A stretch of 63,821 nucleotides of DNA, the filler included, from Octopus bimaculoides (taxonomy: Eukaryota): assembly GCF_001194135.2 (NCBI RefSeq). It is 8 parts of 7 records of this genome, joined end to end, with 100 filler letters (N's around TTAATTAATTAA, not from the genome) between each part and the next. Parts side by side here need not be neighbours in the genome. Positions count along the whole stretch, not along the records: positions 24,678 to 36,012 come from NC_068985.1; positions 36,113 to 38,287 come from NW_026333627.1; positions 38,388 to 41,723 come from NC_068985.1; 5 more parts are not named here. One strand, 5' to 3'. The notes below the pieces were generated by a model, which had not been told where the DNA came from, searched no databases, and worked only from the letters and a program-made list of their open reading frames with translations. Both the position numbers and the translations under genes were made by a program. Every line of letters starts with the position of its first letter. Position 1 is the first letter of the stretch. Positions 25,604 to 38,511 of the stretch are shown here, one piece after another.

Positions 25604-26378
25604 ANNNNNNNNNNNNNNNNNNNNNNNNNNNNNNNNNNNNNNNNNNNNNNNNNNNNNNNNNNNNNNNNNNNNNNNNNNNNNNNNNNNNNNNNNNNNNNNN
25701 NNNNNNNNNNNNNNNNNNNNNNNNNNNNNNNNNNNNNNNNNNNNNNNNNNNNNNNNNNNNNNNNNNNNNNNNNNNNNNNNNNNNNNNNNNNNNNNNNNNN
25801 NNNNNNNNNNNNNNNNNNNNNNNNNNNNNNNNNNNNNNNNNNNNNNNNNNNNNNNNNNNNNNNNNNNNNNNNNNNNNATATATAGGGTGATGAACGTGTT
25901 ATTCGAAAACTGCTATGAAATCTGAATTACATTCAGAAATAGTTTCGTACAAAACGAAAAACAATAGAGAAACAATCCGCGCACATATGCAATCACAACA
26001 GTACTAATTTATGCATTGATGGCGATAATAGTTACCGTTTGTACTCTGTATAATGTGACATTTAGTAGATTAGGGTTTAAAAGGGAGGGTAACATTAAAC
26101 ACAAGTGTAAAAAAATATGCAACTGGATAATTATATATTACAGATTTTGGTGCATTAGTGTATGTGTGTGTATGTAGGTAATGTATGTATATGAATGAAT
26201 AAATAATTGTATGCTTGTATGTAGGTAACGAGTTGGTAGAGTTATTAAAGCGTCGGATAGAATGCTTTGCAGTGTCCATTTTGAATCTGTGGTCTGAGTT
26301 CAAGTCCTATTGAGGTCAACTTTGCCTTTCATCATTTCGGGGTATATAAATAAAATATCAGTATACTACTAAGGTCGA

Positions 26379-26428
<50 letters not shown>

Positions 26429-27227
26429 AAACCAGCCATGTTCAAATCGGAAGAGAAATGGAGGCCCTCGAGAAATACCCAAACTCGCTGTATGTCACGA
26501 CGGTGTCACTACGAGCCCATCATAAGTTGAGGACCTCGGGAAGGAAGTATTTCCTTCTAAATACGTGCGCTGTAGTATGATACCTAAAACAGCACCTTTG
26601 AGCAGTGGCAAATTTCCAACAAGTTGAATTAACAATATTAGTTCAGTTCCCTGAAGAGGTGATTTTCTTTTCATTTATTCTGACCCTTGGCAAATTCCAA
26701 TCGTAATCAATATCTTGGAGATGAATTGACTCCATCAAAACTAAATTAGATACCCTCGTATGGGCTTGGACATGAGTGCACAATAATGTTGTCCGCTTTG
26801 TAACCACTTTGTTGGAAGATCGGTTTCACTGCGCGATATCTTGGGAAAGTGTCTTTTTTCATAGTCCCAGGACGATTAATGCCTTGTGAGTAAAATTAAA
26901 CTCGGAATCTTGATTACTCGATCTGGTAAAAATAACAGCTTAGTTTCCTCCAGACGACACTCTTAATGAAGGAATGAGACATTGGATGTAATCCAGGTAC
27001 GTCATAATGGAATGGAAATAATATTAATACGCTGGACTTGTACTCACTGACATACAAAAAGATGGGATGGTAACGACTGGGACGCCTGTGATCATTGTTC
27101 TGTTGTATTTGAACTGACCATATTTTAAATAACATTGAATATAAATATATTTATAAACTAATAGTTTGTTTGTTTGTTTTTTCATCTACTTTCAGGCAAG
27201 AATCACAAACCTCACAATCAATTAACC

Positions 27228-27536
27228 ATGTCGATAAATATCCCAGTATTTAGCGATGATATGACCCTCTTAGACCGACACAACAAAATCCTCTCGGACA
27301 TCCAACATGATCTGGACAACACCGACTGGAGTAAAGAACTGGACCGCATGCACCGTGACATGTTGACATTAAAACCCAGTCAACCGGACCGAATGTGCCC
27401 TTCGCCTACTCCACAAAAAGTAGATAAATTTATGTCTAAGGACATACACGGCCGTCCTATATTCAGTGCTAGGTTCGATGTCCGGCAGTTTGAGCCTCAA
27501 GAAATCGAAGTCCGTATATCGGAAAATAAATTAAAG
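27228..27536 (+). CDS. Small heat-shock protein (tandem alpha-crystallin domains, p40/major-egg-antigen-like), first coding exon
   Basis: Acceptor ctactttcag at 27195, 32 nt of 5'UTR, then ATG at 27228. MSINIPVFSDD...FSARFDVRQFEPQEIEVRISENKLK|gtaatt contains the ACD signature FDVxxFxPxEIxV. Phase 0. Confidence 0.92.
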
Positions 27537-28457
27537 GTAAATTGTATTATTTATATATTCATTTATTATTGAAACTGAAAGCCTAAGTGAGAGTTCAATT
27601 AGCTTAGTAGGTGAAATATTGGACAACTATTCAGAAGACCTAGGTTCGTACCCTGCTATTGGCTATGGGTATACATACATTGTGTGTGTGTGTGTGTGTG
27701 TAAACAAAACTTTTAGAAAGAAAGTTAAAACTAGAATATAATAGTATTTGTAATAACAGACACAAATACACACAAGCTGATCTATCTATTGAACAATTGA
27801 TCAATCAATCTGTTACGTTTTAGTCCTGTAAATAAGCTTTGGAATTTATTCACGTCCTCGAAAAAAACAATTGATTTTCAGACGGTTTGCAGTACCTTAG
27901 TTCCAAATATATCAAAATGCATAGCTGTCAGGTTACTCTCAACAAGAAATGGATATACTGTAAAATTAAACAAATGTTTCTATTTTGCTTCAATGAGTTC
28001 AACCACTCCGATGAATAAAGCTTTGAAACGGATGATGCTGAGTCAAACTACTTTTATCTTATCCATTGACCAGGACTCAATCACCAATCCACAAACGCCC
28101 TGTCTCCTCAGTCTTGTTCCCTTACCATTACTGCAGCAGCCTCTACTAACTGCTTACCACCTCCGCCTAAGCCTTTTTGTCACAACGGTCTTGTCTCCTC
28201 TCGTTACTCGTTTTTGTGCCTCCTCTTCCCGGCACCACATTAAACACAATACTCACTCCATCATCCACAGAGCATTAATCCTCTAAAGTTCTCTTCTTGC
28301 CCATGTTTGCCCCTTCATTTGTCGTCTTTGAACCGTTGACGATGAATGTCATCCGCTTCAGTCTGAATTACCTGTGGGAACTTGTGGGAACCTGTGGGAA
28401 CCTGTGAAAGTCACGAACACAATCTCTTCTCAGGGAGTATTATCATTTTAAAAATTG

Positions 28458-28805
28458 CATACAGAAGGCAACGTGCTAGCAGAATAGTTAGATCGTCAGA
28501 CAAATTGCCTTGCAGTAACTCTTCCGACTATTGACGCTTCATGTTCTGATTTCAAGCCCCACCAGATCAACTTTACCATTTAGCCATCAACAAATTGTAA
28601 AATGAACTACCATTAGAATATTAGGGTTGAAGTTATCGACTAATCTCCTCCTACACAATAAAGAATTTTGCACATTTGCCAAATAGAAAGCCTCAAACCG
28701 ATGTACGTTTGGTGTACGATGAAGAGAAAGGAAATTCGAAGTGGTCAAATGAGCTACAGAACACTTTAAATTTCCGTCCAAACATAAATAATTTTATGAC
28801 TCAAG
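28458..28805 (+). repeat. Diverged direct duplicate of 32048-32346
   Basis: Shared order: catacagaaggc...gcagaatagttagatcgtc...ccagatcaactttaccatt...atgtacgtttggtgtac...atgagctacag...tttaaatttcc...attttatgactcaag. Confidence 0.88.
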
Positions 28806-30516
28806 TCATATGACCAAAAGTCTATGATGTTGCTCTTTTGACGTAAAGGCTTATGGGACTTACTACTACAATCACCACCTTAGTCGCCGCCACTATCGCC
28901 ATCACTAGCACTATCATTAGTACAATCGTTAGTATACTAGCACCACCCCCTCCATCATACTGCCATCACCATCCTCAACATCGACATTACTATCATCATC
29001 TCTAACCACTACCACCACCACCACCACTACATTCATCACAGTTATGATGATGATCATCATCATCACTATCGCTAACACCGTCATAAATAACTTTTATCAT
29101 TAAAGCTTTATATTTTGTGACAACATGGACCTAATGATGTTGATTGCGCATGGATGCGATTGACTACACCTGCCATCACGCCCATCTCCACCATCCCACC
29201 ACCATCACAGTTCATTGAACCCTTTATTATTCACTTAGTATATTAATGCAAAGGAGAGAGAGAGAGAGAGAGGAGCAAAGCGATGACAGAAAAATGCCTC
29301 CAAAATATTATTTTCATCATCATTATTATTATCAATTTTATCACGTGCAGCCATTTTCATTTCTAATTTTCATATATTTATTTTTTGCATGATTTTTGTA
29401 TAATTGTTTTCCCATGTGTTTGTTAAATATTTTTTAAGAATGAGAAAAACAGAATACATCCCCCACCCCCGCAAAAGAAAGAAAGATATTGTTGGCTGAA
29501 GGTTATTTACAAGATTTTTTTCTTTGCCAGTTATATCGTATATATCGTCTGCTTTATCAGATGCCATGTTGTCAAACGCCATTTTATCACAAGCACAAAC
29601 GTTAAAAAAAATGATAACAGCAGTAAAATACCACGTTCGAAATATCGTGTTCTTGTATAGCCACACACACACACACACAAAAGTGCACGAATCAACACAT
29701 TTTACATAAAACATGCTTCATATATGAATACACACATATTTGTTTCCATTTTATGTGTGTGTGTATCATTCAACTACGGAAGTAGAATAATAATATTCTT
29801 AAGGCCGCAATTTACTCAGACGCAGCATCGTTCAGAGCTTGTCGCTAATTCAGTTCTTAATTAAATTGAAAACTGTTAACATTTTTGAAGAGGACTGGTC
29901 CCTAGCTACATTTTGGCATTAAAAAATTGAGATTTGATCCAGTAGAAAAAAGTTTACATCAAAATTTGTAGCAACGTTATAGGAGAGTAAGTAACGCCTC
30001 CACTCAAGTTTAGATCTAAATAACTTTTTTATTTTAAAACCAAAATATATTCATCTTAGCTTCAATGACAGAAGAAAGCATGAAGAATTTCATAGTTTTG
30101 GTCCCATGCAACAAAAGTTTGTATCAAAAACGTTGCGAGGTAAAATATGAAAAAAATATAAGGCAAAAAATTGGATTTAAGTATAATTAACTTTTTTATT
30201 TTAATAACAAACTATATTTTAATTAAGCTTAAATAATAAAAATCAGTTCGAGGAATTTCGTGGTATCAATTTCATGCAATTAAGTTTTGAAAGAAAAAGT
30301 TACGAGTTTGTTTCTGAAAGTTGAGAGTGATAATATAATTCTATACCTTTTTAAGAATATAGTTCTATAAGGGGACTTTTAATATATGTTACCGGCGTCA
30401 TTGAGGTAAGGAAATAATCATCAACGACACCGCTAATCGATACATTTGACACATTATAGATTAGCATAATAGCATAGCCTGGGAAAAACATGGATTACAT
30501 GGAAAAATGCGAGCAA

Positions 30517-30701
30517 GAGAAATAATATTCTTAAGATTATAAACCTGGAAAATTACAGGACAAGTTATTACACTTGGAGAATATTTTAAGTAAAAATGTT
30601 CTTGTTCTGTACTTTACCAGATGTAATAAGTTGTTCTGAACTTTTCCAAGTAACTTGTCCTGTAATTTTCCAAATTTATAATCTTAAGAATATTATTTCT
30701 C
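30517..30701. mobile_element. MITE-like foldback in the sHSP intron
   Basis: About 55-bp terminal inverted repeats: gagaaataatattcttaagattataaacctggaaaattacaggacaagtta vs taacttgtcctgtaattttccaaatttataatcttaagaatattatttctc. Confidence 0.7.
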
Positions 30702-31251
30702 NNNNNNNNNNNNNNNNNNNNNNNNNNNNNNNNNNNNNNNNNNNNNNNNNNNNNNNNNNNNNNNNNNNNNNNNNNNNNNNNNNNNNNNNNNNNNNNNNNN
30801 NNNNNNNNNNNNNNNNNNNNNNNNNNNNNNNNNNNNNNNNNNNNNNNNNNNNNNNNNNNNNNNNNNNNNNNNNNNNNNNNNNNNNNNNNNNNNNNNNNNN
30901 NNNNNNNNNNNNNNNNNNNNNNNNNNNNNNNNNNNNNNNNNNNNNNNNNNNNNNNNNNNNNNNNNNNNNNNNNNNNNNNNNNNNNNNNNNNNNNNNNNNN
31001 NNNNNNNNNNNNNNNNNNNNNNNNNNNNNNNNNNNNNNNNNNNNNNNNNNNNNNNNNNNNNNNTATATATATATATATCTGTAATTATTAGCAATATAAA
31101 TTCTTTACTTAAAAATATTATCTAACAATATATAACAAGCAGACATAAATAATACAGTTAGACAACCTTAAATGCTTTCATCAAACATTTTATAGTATCT
31201 CTCTCTCTCTCTCTTTCTCTCATTGTCTCTTTCTCTCTCTTTCTATCTAAG

Positions 31252-31767
31252 GTCCATGCCAAGCACGAAAAGAAAGATGGCGACTCGACAGAAGTCATTG
31301 AGTACAGTCGTAAAGTTAGCTTGCCGCCTAAAATTGACTTGAAAAGCATGAACTGCGTTTTATCTTCGGACGGCTACTTGACCACAGAAGCGCTTGTAGC
31401 ACCACCTAATTACATCAACTTTGATGAAGAATTTCCTTCCATAGCGAACAGCAGTCCAACACGATTACTGAATATCAACATGCTGCACCCTGAAAGAACG
31501 TCTCCTCGTTTACCAAGAAGGGATTACGAAAGTACCAACCAGAAATTCAGAACCGAAGTCGACGTATCAGATTTCCAACCGGAAGACGTTAAAATTACTA
31601 CTCAAAACCAAAAGATAATAATCAAAGCCAGACGTGAAGAGAAAGTGGGAGGTAGAACAACTTCAAAAGAATTCAACAAGGAAATTGCTATTCCAAAATC
31701 AAAGGATCCAGAAAAAATTAAAGCATTTTTTTCAGCTAGTGGTAAGCTCATTCTTGAAGAATCGTAA
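31252..31767 (+). CDS. Small heat-shock protein, second coding exon (end of ACD1, linker, whole ACD2)
   Basis: Pyrimidine-rich acceptor tctaag|VHAKHEKKDGDSTEVIEYSRKVSLPPKID...LSSDGYLTTEA, then FRTEVDVSDFQPEDVKIT...ARREEK...SKEFNKEIAIP...ASGKLILEES-TAA. Spliced protein is 274 aa. Confidence 0.94.
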   Translation, partial: VHAKHEKKDGDSTEVIEYSRKVSLPPKIDLKSMNCVLSSDGYLTTEALVAPPNYINFDEEFPSIANSSPTRLLNINMLHPERTSPRLPRRDYESTNQKFRTEVDVSDFQPEDVKITTQNQKIIIKARREEKVGGRTTSKEFNKEIAIPKSKDPEKIKAFFSASGKLILEES

Positions 31768-34700
31768 AAACAAAGATTTTAAAAAAACTCTCAAATCATT
31801 ATTTGAATTATCTGAAAAAACATGAAATTAAATCATTTTCTGTAATCTTCTGATAGAAATTCATTGATATTTTGTTACGTCTTTTTATGTCCTGAGTTCA
31901 AATTCCGCCAGAGTTCATTGTGCTTTCATTTTTACCAGGGTCGATAAAATAAAGTACCAGTCAAGTACTGGCATTATTATGAATAACAATAACCTTCTCT
32001 TCCAAATCTGTAGTCTTGTGCGTATACTAGAAATCATTGTCATAAAGCATACAGAAGGCGACTTACTGGCAGAATAGTTAGATCGTCGTACAAAATGTCT
32101 CACAGTCATTCTTCTGACGATTAACGCTTCCTGTTCTGATTTCAAACACCGCCAGATCAACTTTACCATTCATCCATTTACAAATGATAAAATAAACTAC
32201 CAATAGGGTAATGGGGTTGAAAGTGTCGCTTAATCTCTTTCTTCACAATAAAAATGTACGTTTGGTGTACTATGTAGAGGAAGTAATTCAATGAGCTACA
32301 GGGCACTTTAAATTTCCCTCCAAGCATAACTATTTTATGACTCAAGGTATAAGGCCCAAACACGCCATCTGCGTACAAAAAGTAAGAGTAAAGTTACAGC
32401 CATCATATTTTTTTTTAAATATCGAATTAATTAATGTCTATACGGTGATTAGAAGACAACATTAACTCATTTCATGATATGTTCTTGCTGAACATATCAG
32501 TTGAACTTTTGTCGACGCAAACCGTTTCAAGTTTTTTGTGCCTCGGATATTAAAAACCTTGCGTTTATATGTATTTGATATCTAGTTTAACGTATAGAAA
32601 AAATTTACAAATTTGATAATAGTGTAATTTATAGTTTACAAATATTATCGTTAATAATATTTAGAAAAAAAATTGTTCATGTCTGATTCTGCAAGAATTC
32701 TCAAATTTCATCTAAACAAATTCTTCTCTATATTTGAAATTCTAAAAATATTTTTATCAAAAAAGTTTCCGTTTTTTTACCATCAAAATCAGAACAAAGT
32801 CAGTTTCATGTAGCAAGATATTTTAATAAAATACAAAATGGTTTAACATTTCGCTAAGTCTTTTACTGTTTGTTTAAAAATGTTTTATTTTATGCACTTT
32901 TTTTAACTTTTTAATTTCACTCAACTCAATTCAAAACAACACTAAATCGACTAGTCCTTTGACACGCAAAAAATCTCATAACATGTTGTTATATTCACTT
33001 GGTTTAATATTTGTTGAATAGATTATTTTATTGTTTAACAAAACACGTTTTAATTAACCTAATTACCAATTAAAATTTGGTATAACAGTATGCGAATTAC
33101 TTTGCCAGACAGCGAGAGGTAAGTTGTCAGTTTTCCAACCCCAATGCTAGTCTTAGGCCAATCGACTTACTTCAATAATTGCTTATCTAGCTGTCTGTCT
33201 GGGTTCTCTGTGTCTTTTTAATTTTAGAGTAAATTTTGACCAGCCACCTACTTGGTAGCAAGGAAAGTATCTTCTTTTAACCATCATCCTTTAAATTTTA
33301 AAGTCTTGCAGATTTTTATAGTTTCATATATCGGGATCATTTGTAGCATATGAATTAAAGATTTGCATTCTCTCCTCAAGATCCACATTACAGCCATATT
33401 TTGCTCCAGACAGATTTGTATGTATCCTTTTGCTCCAATAATAATTAGGTATAAAGCTGAAAGTGTATCTTGGGTACTGGATTTACAAACTCCTTATCAA
33501 TGGACCATAGCTGTCCTCTTTGTCATGGATACAAGATATCTGTACTGAAATCCCTACTAACAGGAGTCTTTAAATTTTTATCTCCAGAAGAAGTTTTAAA
33601 ACAAGAAGTCCAAAGAATTTTTTTTTAATTGGTTAATAATGTATTTGCAGTATGTGAGTAGGCCAAGCAAAAGAGCAATACAAAAATATATATACTCCCA
33701 TAGATATAACAAGTACTTAAAGATCCCCTTCGGTTACGAATGATCATAGTATTGCACCTAGAAAAGTCCCCTCCGAGACACAAGTCCGGGTAAGGTTGTC
33801 TTGTGGAAGACCAGCAGTTCCCCATGCATACCAGCCTCCCCTCTCTACGCCACCAATGTTATCCAATGGAAAAGGCAGAGCCCGATGCAGCTTGGCACTA
33901 GGGACGTCGCAATTTTTTTCTACAGCTGAGTGAACCGGAGCAATGTGAAATAAAGTATCTTGCTCAAGAACACAACCCAGTTGGGGAATCGAACTCACAA
34001 CGTTGCAATTCTAAGCCTGACGATCTAACCACTGAACCAGCTACAATGTACAGTAAAAGTTCACGATGGCAATAGAGTATACTGCATGAATTAAATGTAT
34101 CCTAGTCGCAGAATAGATGAATACACCATTGAAAACACGTATACGACAGATACAAAAGATATACAATGCTTTGAACGTAGCTGTAAATAATAGTCAGTAT
34201 ATATTACAAAATACTATAATCAAAAACGGTCTCGTCAACACGTGACCTAAACTTGTAAGCCACGAAAAGTACTTCAGACAAACCAATGTAATACAGAAAT
34301 TTCCATGTAAACATGAAAGTTGTAAACTTCATAATACAAAGTATTACAGTGGACAAAAATGCGATACTTTCCTCTTAGTTGAGCATACATTTACAGCAAA
34401 AATACTCTCACAAAACAGAAGCTGAAACCAAACTAAATTGAAAAGCATTGGTTGCTAACATCAACATTTTATATATATATATAGAATTTCAGAAAGACAG
34501 AATGTAGAAGATTGACTATGGAGAAACTTAACAGACACAGGCGTGACAGTGTGGAAAGAAGTTTGCTTCCCAACCAAATTGTTTCGGATTCAGTGCTGTT
34601 GCGTGGTACCTTAGGCAAGTGTCTTCTATTATAGCTTGTGAGTGGATTTAGTAGACGGAAACTGAAAGAAGCCTGCTGTGTAGATAGATAGATAAACAGA

Positions 34701-36112
34701 TAGATGTATGTGTGTGTTTGACAACTTCTTGACAACCGGTGTTGATTTGTTCACGTCTTTAACTTAGCGGCTTGGCAAAAGAAGGCATTAGAATAAGTAC
34801 CAGACTTAACAAAGAAAAGTACTGGGTTTGATTTGTTCGACTAACATTCTTCAAGGTGGTGCTCCAGCATGACCACAATCCAATAAAAGATAAATAACAA
34901 AACTCAAACCAAAGATCAACACACTGTGTGGTAAGATGTTTGCTTCCCAGCCACATGGTCTCGGGCGCAGCCCCACTGCGTGGCAGGTGTCTGCAACTAT
35001 AGCCTCGAGCCGACCAAAGCCTTGTGAGTAGATTTGGTAGACAGAAACTGAAAGACGCTCGTCGTGTGTGTGTGTGTTTGTGTGTGTCCCATCACCGCTT
35101 AGCAACCGGCGTTGGTGTGTTTGCGTCGCCTTAACATAGCGGTTCGACAAAAAGTGACTGATAGAATAAGTACCAGGTATTAAAAGAAAATATGTACTGG
35201 GGTCGATAAGTTCGACTAGACATCCTCAAGGTAGTGTCTCAGCATGGCCGCAGTCTAATGGCTGAAACAAGTAAAAGCTAAAGAATAAAAAAAGGTACTC
35301 ATCAAATAATAAATTCGGTGATAATAATTTTTAGCATTAGCATAATTATCTTTGTTTCGACAACGTGGCAATTAAAAGCACCACTATCATCACTTCATCC
35401 AGAAGATGAGACCGAGATCTCAAAATTTTAATGGACATAGAACCGTTATTGTTAAAAAATAAATAGATATGCCCAAGAGAAAAGTCTTGTAAGGAAACAC
35501 ACGACAAATTCTTAAATTAAAAAGTTTTGGCTCGAATGCACTTTTTTTAAACATATATTGAAAATATTTCAAGTTTTCAATGAAATACATTTGAAGGAAA
35601 CGATAATCTATCTGTCTATTTATCTATCCATCATCTCTATCTCTCTTCTCTCCCCCTCTCTCTCTCTCTCTACCCTGTGCTCTCCCTCCCTCCTTTTTAC
35701 CTCTCATTCCATTCCTCTCTCCTCTCTTCCTCTCTCCTCTCTTCCTCTCTCCTCTCTTCCTCTCTCCTCTCTTCCTCTCTCTTTCTTTCTCTCTCTCACT
35801 CCCTTTCTCTCTCCCTCTTTCACTCTCTCTCACTCTCTCCCTATATATATATCACTGAGAGCAGTTTAGATATCAGATTTGTTTTGTTTTAATGGATTAA
35901 TCACAGGAGGTAGGGCATCGCCCATAACCCTTTCAGTGTTACATGGGTGTGTAATTATTTTAAAGTTCTGCCGATTAAAAATAACTTTTAAAAATATATT
36001 CATGATTTAAGTNNNNNNNNNNNNNNNNNNNNNNNNNNNNNNNNNNNNNNNNNNNNTTAATTAATTAANNNNNNNNNNNNNNNNNNNNNNNNNNNNNNNN
36101 NNNNNNNNNNNN

Positions 36113-36839
36113 TTCGCTTTTTGTGGAAGGGCAGGTCGCCACTTGTGAAACGCTCTGTCTGCCGTCAAAAGCCTTTAAAGGGAGGTTTAGGGATGCCTTG
36201 GTTAATGATGCGTATGCATGCGTTGAGATTGAGGCACCTCTGGATTCTCCTGGATAGTGAACGGGTGTGGTCTCCGCTGGCCAGATAAATGTTCTCCGAG
36301 TTCAAAAGCTTTTGCGAACAGTAAACCTGGTGTTCTCGTATACCGAGGTCGAGTGAATGGCATAAAGAGTGCCGTAAGGCCCTCTTGCTATTCCAGCGCT
36401 CGGGCAGCGCTAGCGGTGGGGGTTCCACACAGATTTTATATAGTGGGTTGGTAGAGTCTGAATGCGACGATGGCCTGGGGCGACTCTAGGTCTCGGGTTT
36501 ATTCAACTGGGCAGCTTGTTTCACCGTACATTTGGGTTGAGAACGTTGGACAACTTCCAAAAGTCCTTAACCTGGCATTGCTACAGAGGTGCCTTGCCCG
36601 TTTGGGATAAGCTCGCAAGACACGGTAAGCGTCAGTCGCCGACCTGTCCAAGATGTGAGGGAGACAGGGAAACCGTCCCTCACGCTATTGTTCAGTGTCC
36701 GGAGATATCTGAAATGTAGGCTTATGCTGAACACCTGTTGTCCGGCGAAGGAAGAGTACAGCTGTCGACTGAGTCAATTATAAAAATTGACCTACCGGGA
36801 GTTTTAGCAAACGAAGGTAAGAATTGTTTTCTCACGGTT
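36113..36839 (+). mobile_element. Tx1/L1-like LINE ORF2 fragment, same family as 22891
   Basis: KGGLGMPWLMMRMHALRLRHLW motif (frameshifted), then SPTCPRCEGDRETVPHAIVQCPEISEM*...GRVQLSTESIIKI, clearly homologous to the 22891 copy. Confidence 0.88.
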
Positions 36840-38409
36840 NNNNNNNNNNNNNNNNNNNNNNNNNNNNNNNNNNNNNNNNNNNNNNNNNNNNNNNNNNNNN
36901 NNNNNNNNNNNNNNNNNNNNNNNNNNNNNNNNNNNNNNNNNNNNNNNNNNNNNNNNNNNNNNNNNNNNNNNNNNNNNNNNNNNNNNNNNNNNNNNNNNNN
37001 NNNNNNNNNNNNNNNNNNNNNNNNNNNNNNNNNNNNNNNNNNNNNNNNNNNNNNNNNNNNNNNNNNNNNNNNNNNNNNNNNNNNNNNNNNNNNNNNNNNN
37101 NNNNNNNNNNNNNNNNNNNNNNNNNNNNNNNNNNNNNNNNNNNNNNNNNNNNNNNNNNNNNNNNNNNNNNNNNNNNNNNNNNNNNNNNNNNNNNNNNNNN
37201 NNNNNNNNNNNNNNNNNNNNNNNNNNNNNNNNNNNNNNNNNNNNNNNNNNNNNNNNNNNNNNNNNNNNNNNNNNNNNNNNNNNNNNNNNNNNNNNNNNNN
37301 NNNNNNNNNNNNNNNNNNNNNNNNNNNNNNNNNNNNNNNNNNNNNNNNNNNNNNNNNNNNNNNNNNNNNNNNNNNNNNNNNNNNNNNNNNNNNNNNNNNN
37401 NNNNNNNNNNNNNNNNNNNNNNNNNNNNNNNNNNNNNNNNNNNNNNNNNNNNNNNNNNNNNNNNNNNNNNNNNNNNNNNNNNNNNNNNNNNNNNNNNNNN
37501 NNNNNNNNNNNNNNNNNNNNNNNNNNNNNNNNNNNNNNNNNNNNNNNNNNNNNNNNNNNNNNNNNNNNNNNNNNNNNNNNNNNNNNNNNNNNNNNNNNNN
37601 NNNNNNNNNNNNNNNNNNNNNNNNNNNNNNNNNNNNNNNNNNNNNNNNNNNNNNNNNNNNNNNNNNNNNNNNNNNNNNNNNNNNNNNNNNNNNNNNNNNN
37701 NNNNNNNNNNNNNNNNNNNNNNNNNNNNNNNNNNNNNNNNNNNNNNNNNNNNNNNNNNNNNNNNNNNNNNNNNNNNNNNNNNNNNNNNNNNNNATGTGTG
37801 CATGTGTGTGTATGTATGTCTGCGTGTGTGTGCATATGTATATATTTATGTGTGTGTATGTATATATGTATGTATGTGTGTGTTTGCATGTATGTATGTA
37901 TGTATTCTGCATTTATGTGTGTTTTTTTATGTATGTGTGTGCATGTGTGTATATGTATGTATGTACCTCTGTCTCCTTGTGTGTGCATGTCTGAGTGTGT
38001 GCGTGCGTGTGTGCTTTGCTTCTATGTACCCTGTTTGCATGCATGGGTGCACATCTTCATATGTGTGGACAAATGTGTGTGTATATGTGGCCATGTGTTT
38101 CAGTCTCTATTTGCGTATGTGGTTGTCTGTTCATATACCCTATGTACTTACCCATACATACATGCACACACGCACACACACTATCTGCATAAAAGCCCAT
38201 CCACTGTTCTACTTTACCTGTGTAGAATGCGGGTATGGAGGTATGATATCTATGTATATTTCCTATTTAGTATTGGGGAAGTTTCATNNNNNNNNNNNNN
38301 NNNNNNNNNNNNNNNNNNNNNNNNNNNNNNNTTAATTAATTAANNNNNNNNNNNNNNNNNNNNNNNNNNNNNNNNNNNNNNNNNNNNGCAAAACAAAAGT
38401 CAAACATAA

Positions 38410-38441
<32 letters not shown>

Positions 38442-38455
38442 TGATGATGATGATG

Positions 38456-38511
<56 letters not shown>

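Noticed and set aside
26400-27195. Heat-shock elements upstream of the sHSP
   Set aside because: No triple nGAAn array found, only single imperfect units. The non-coding first exon and TSS are not located.
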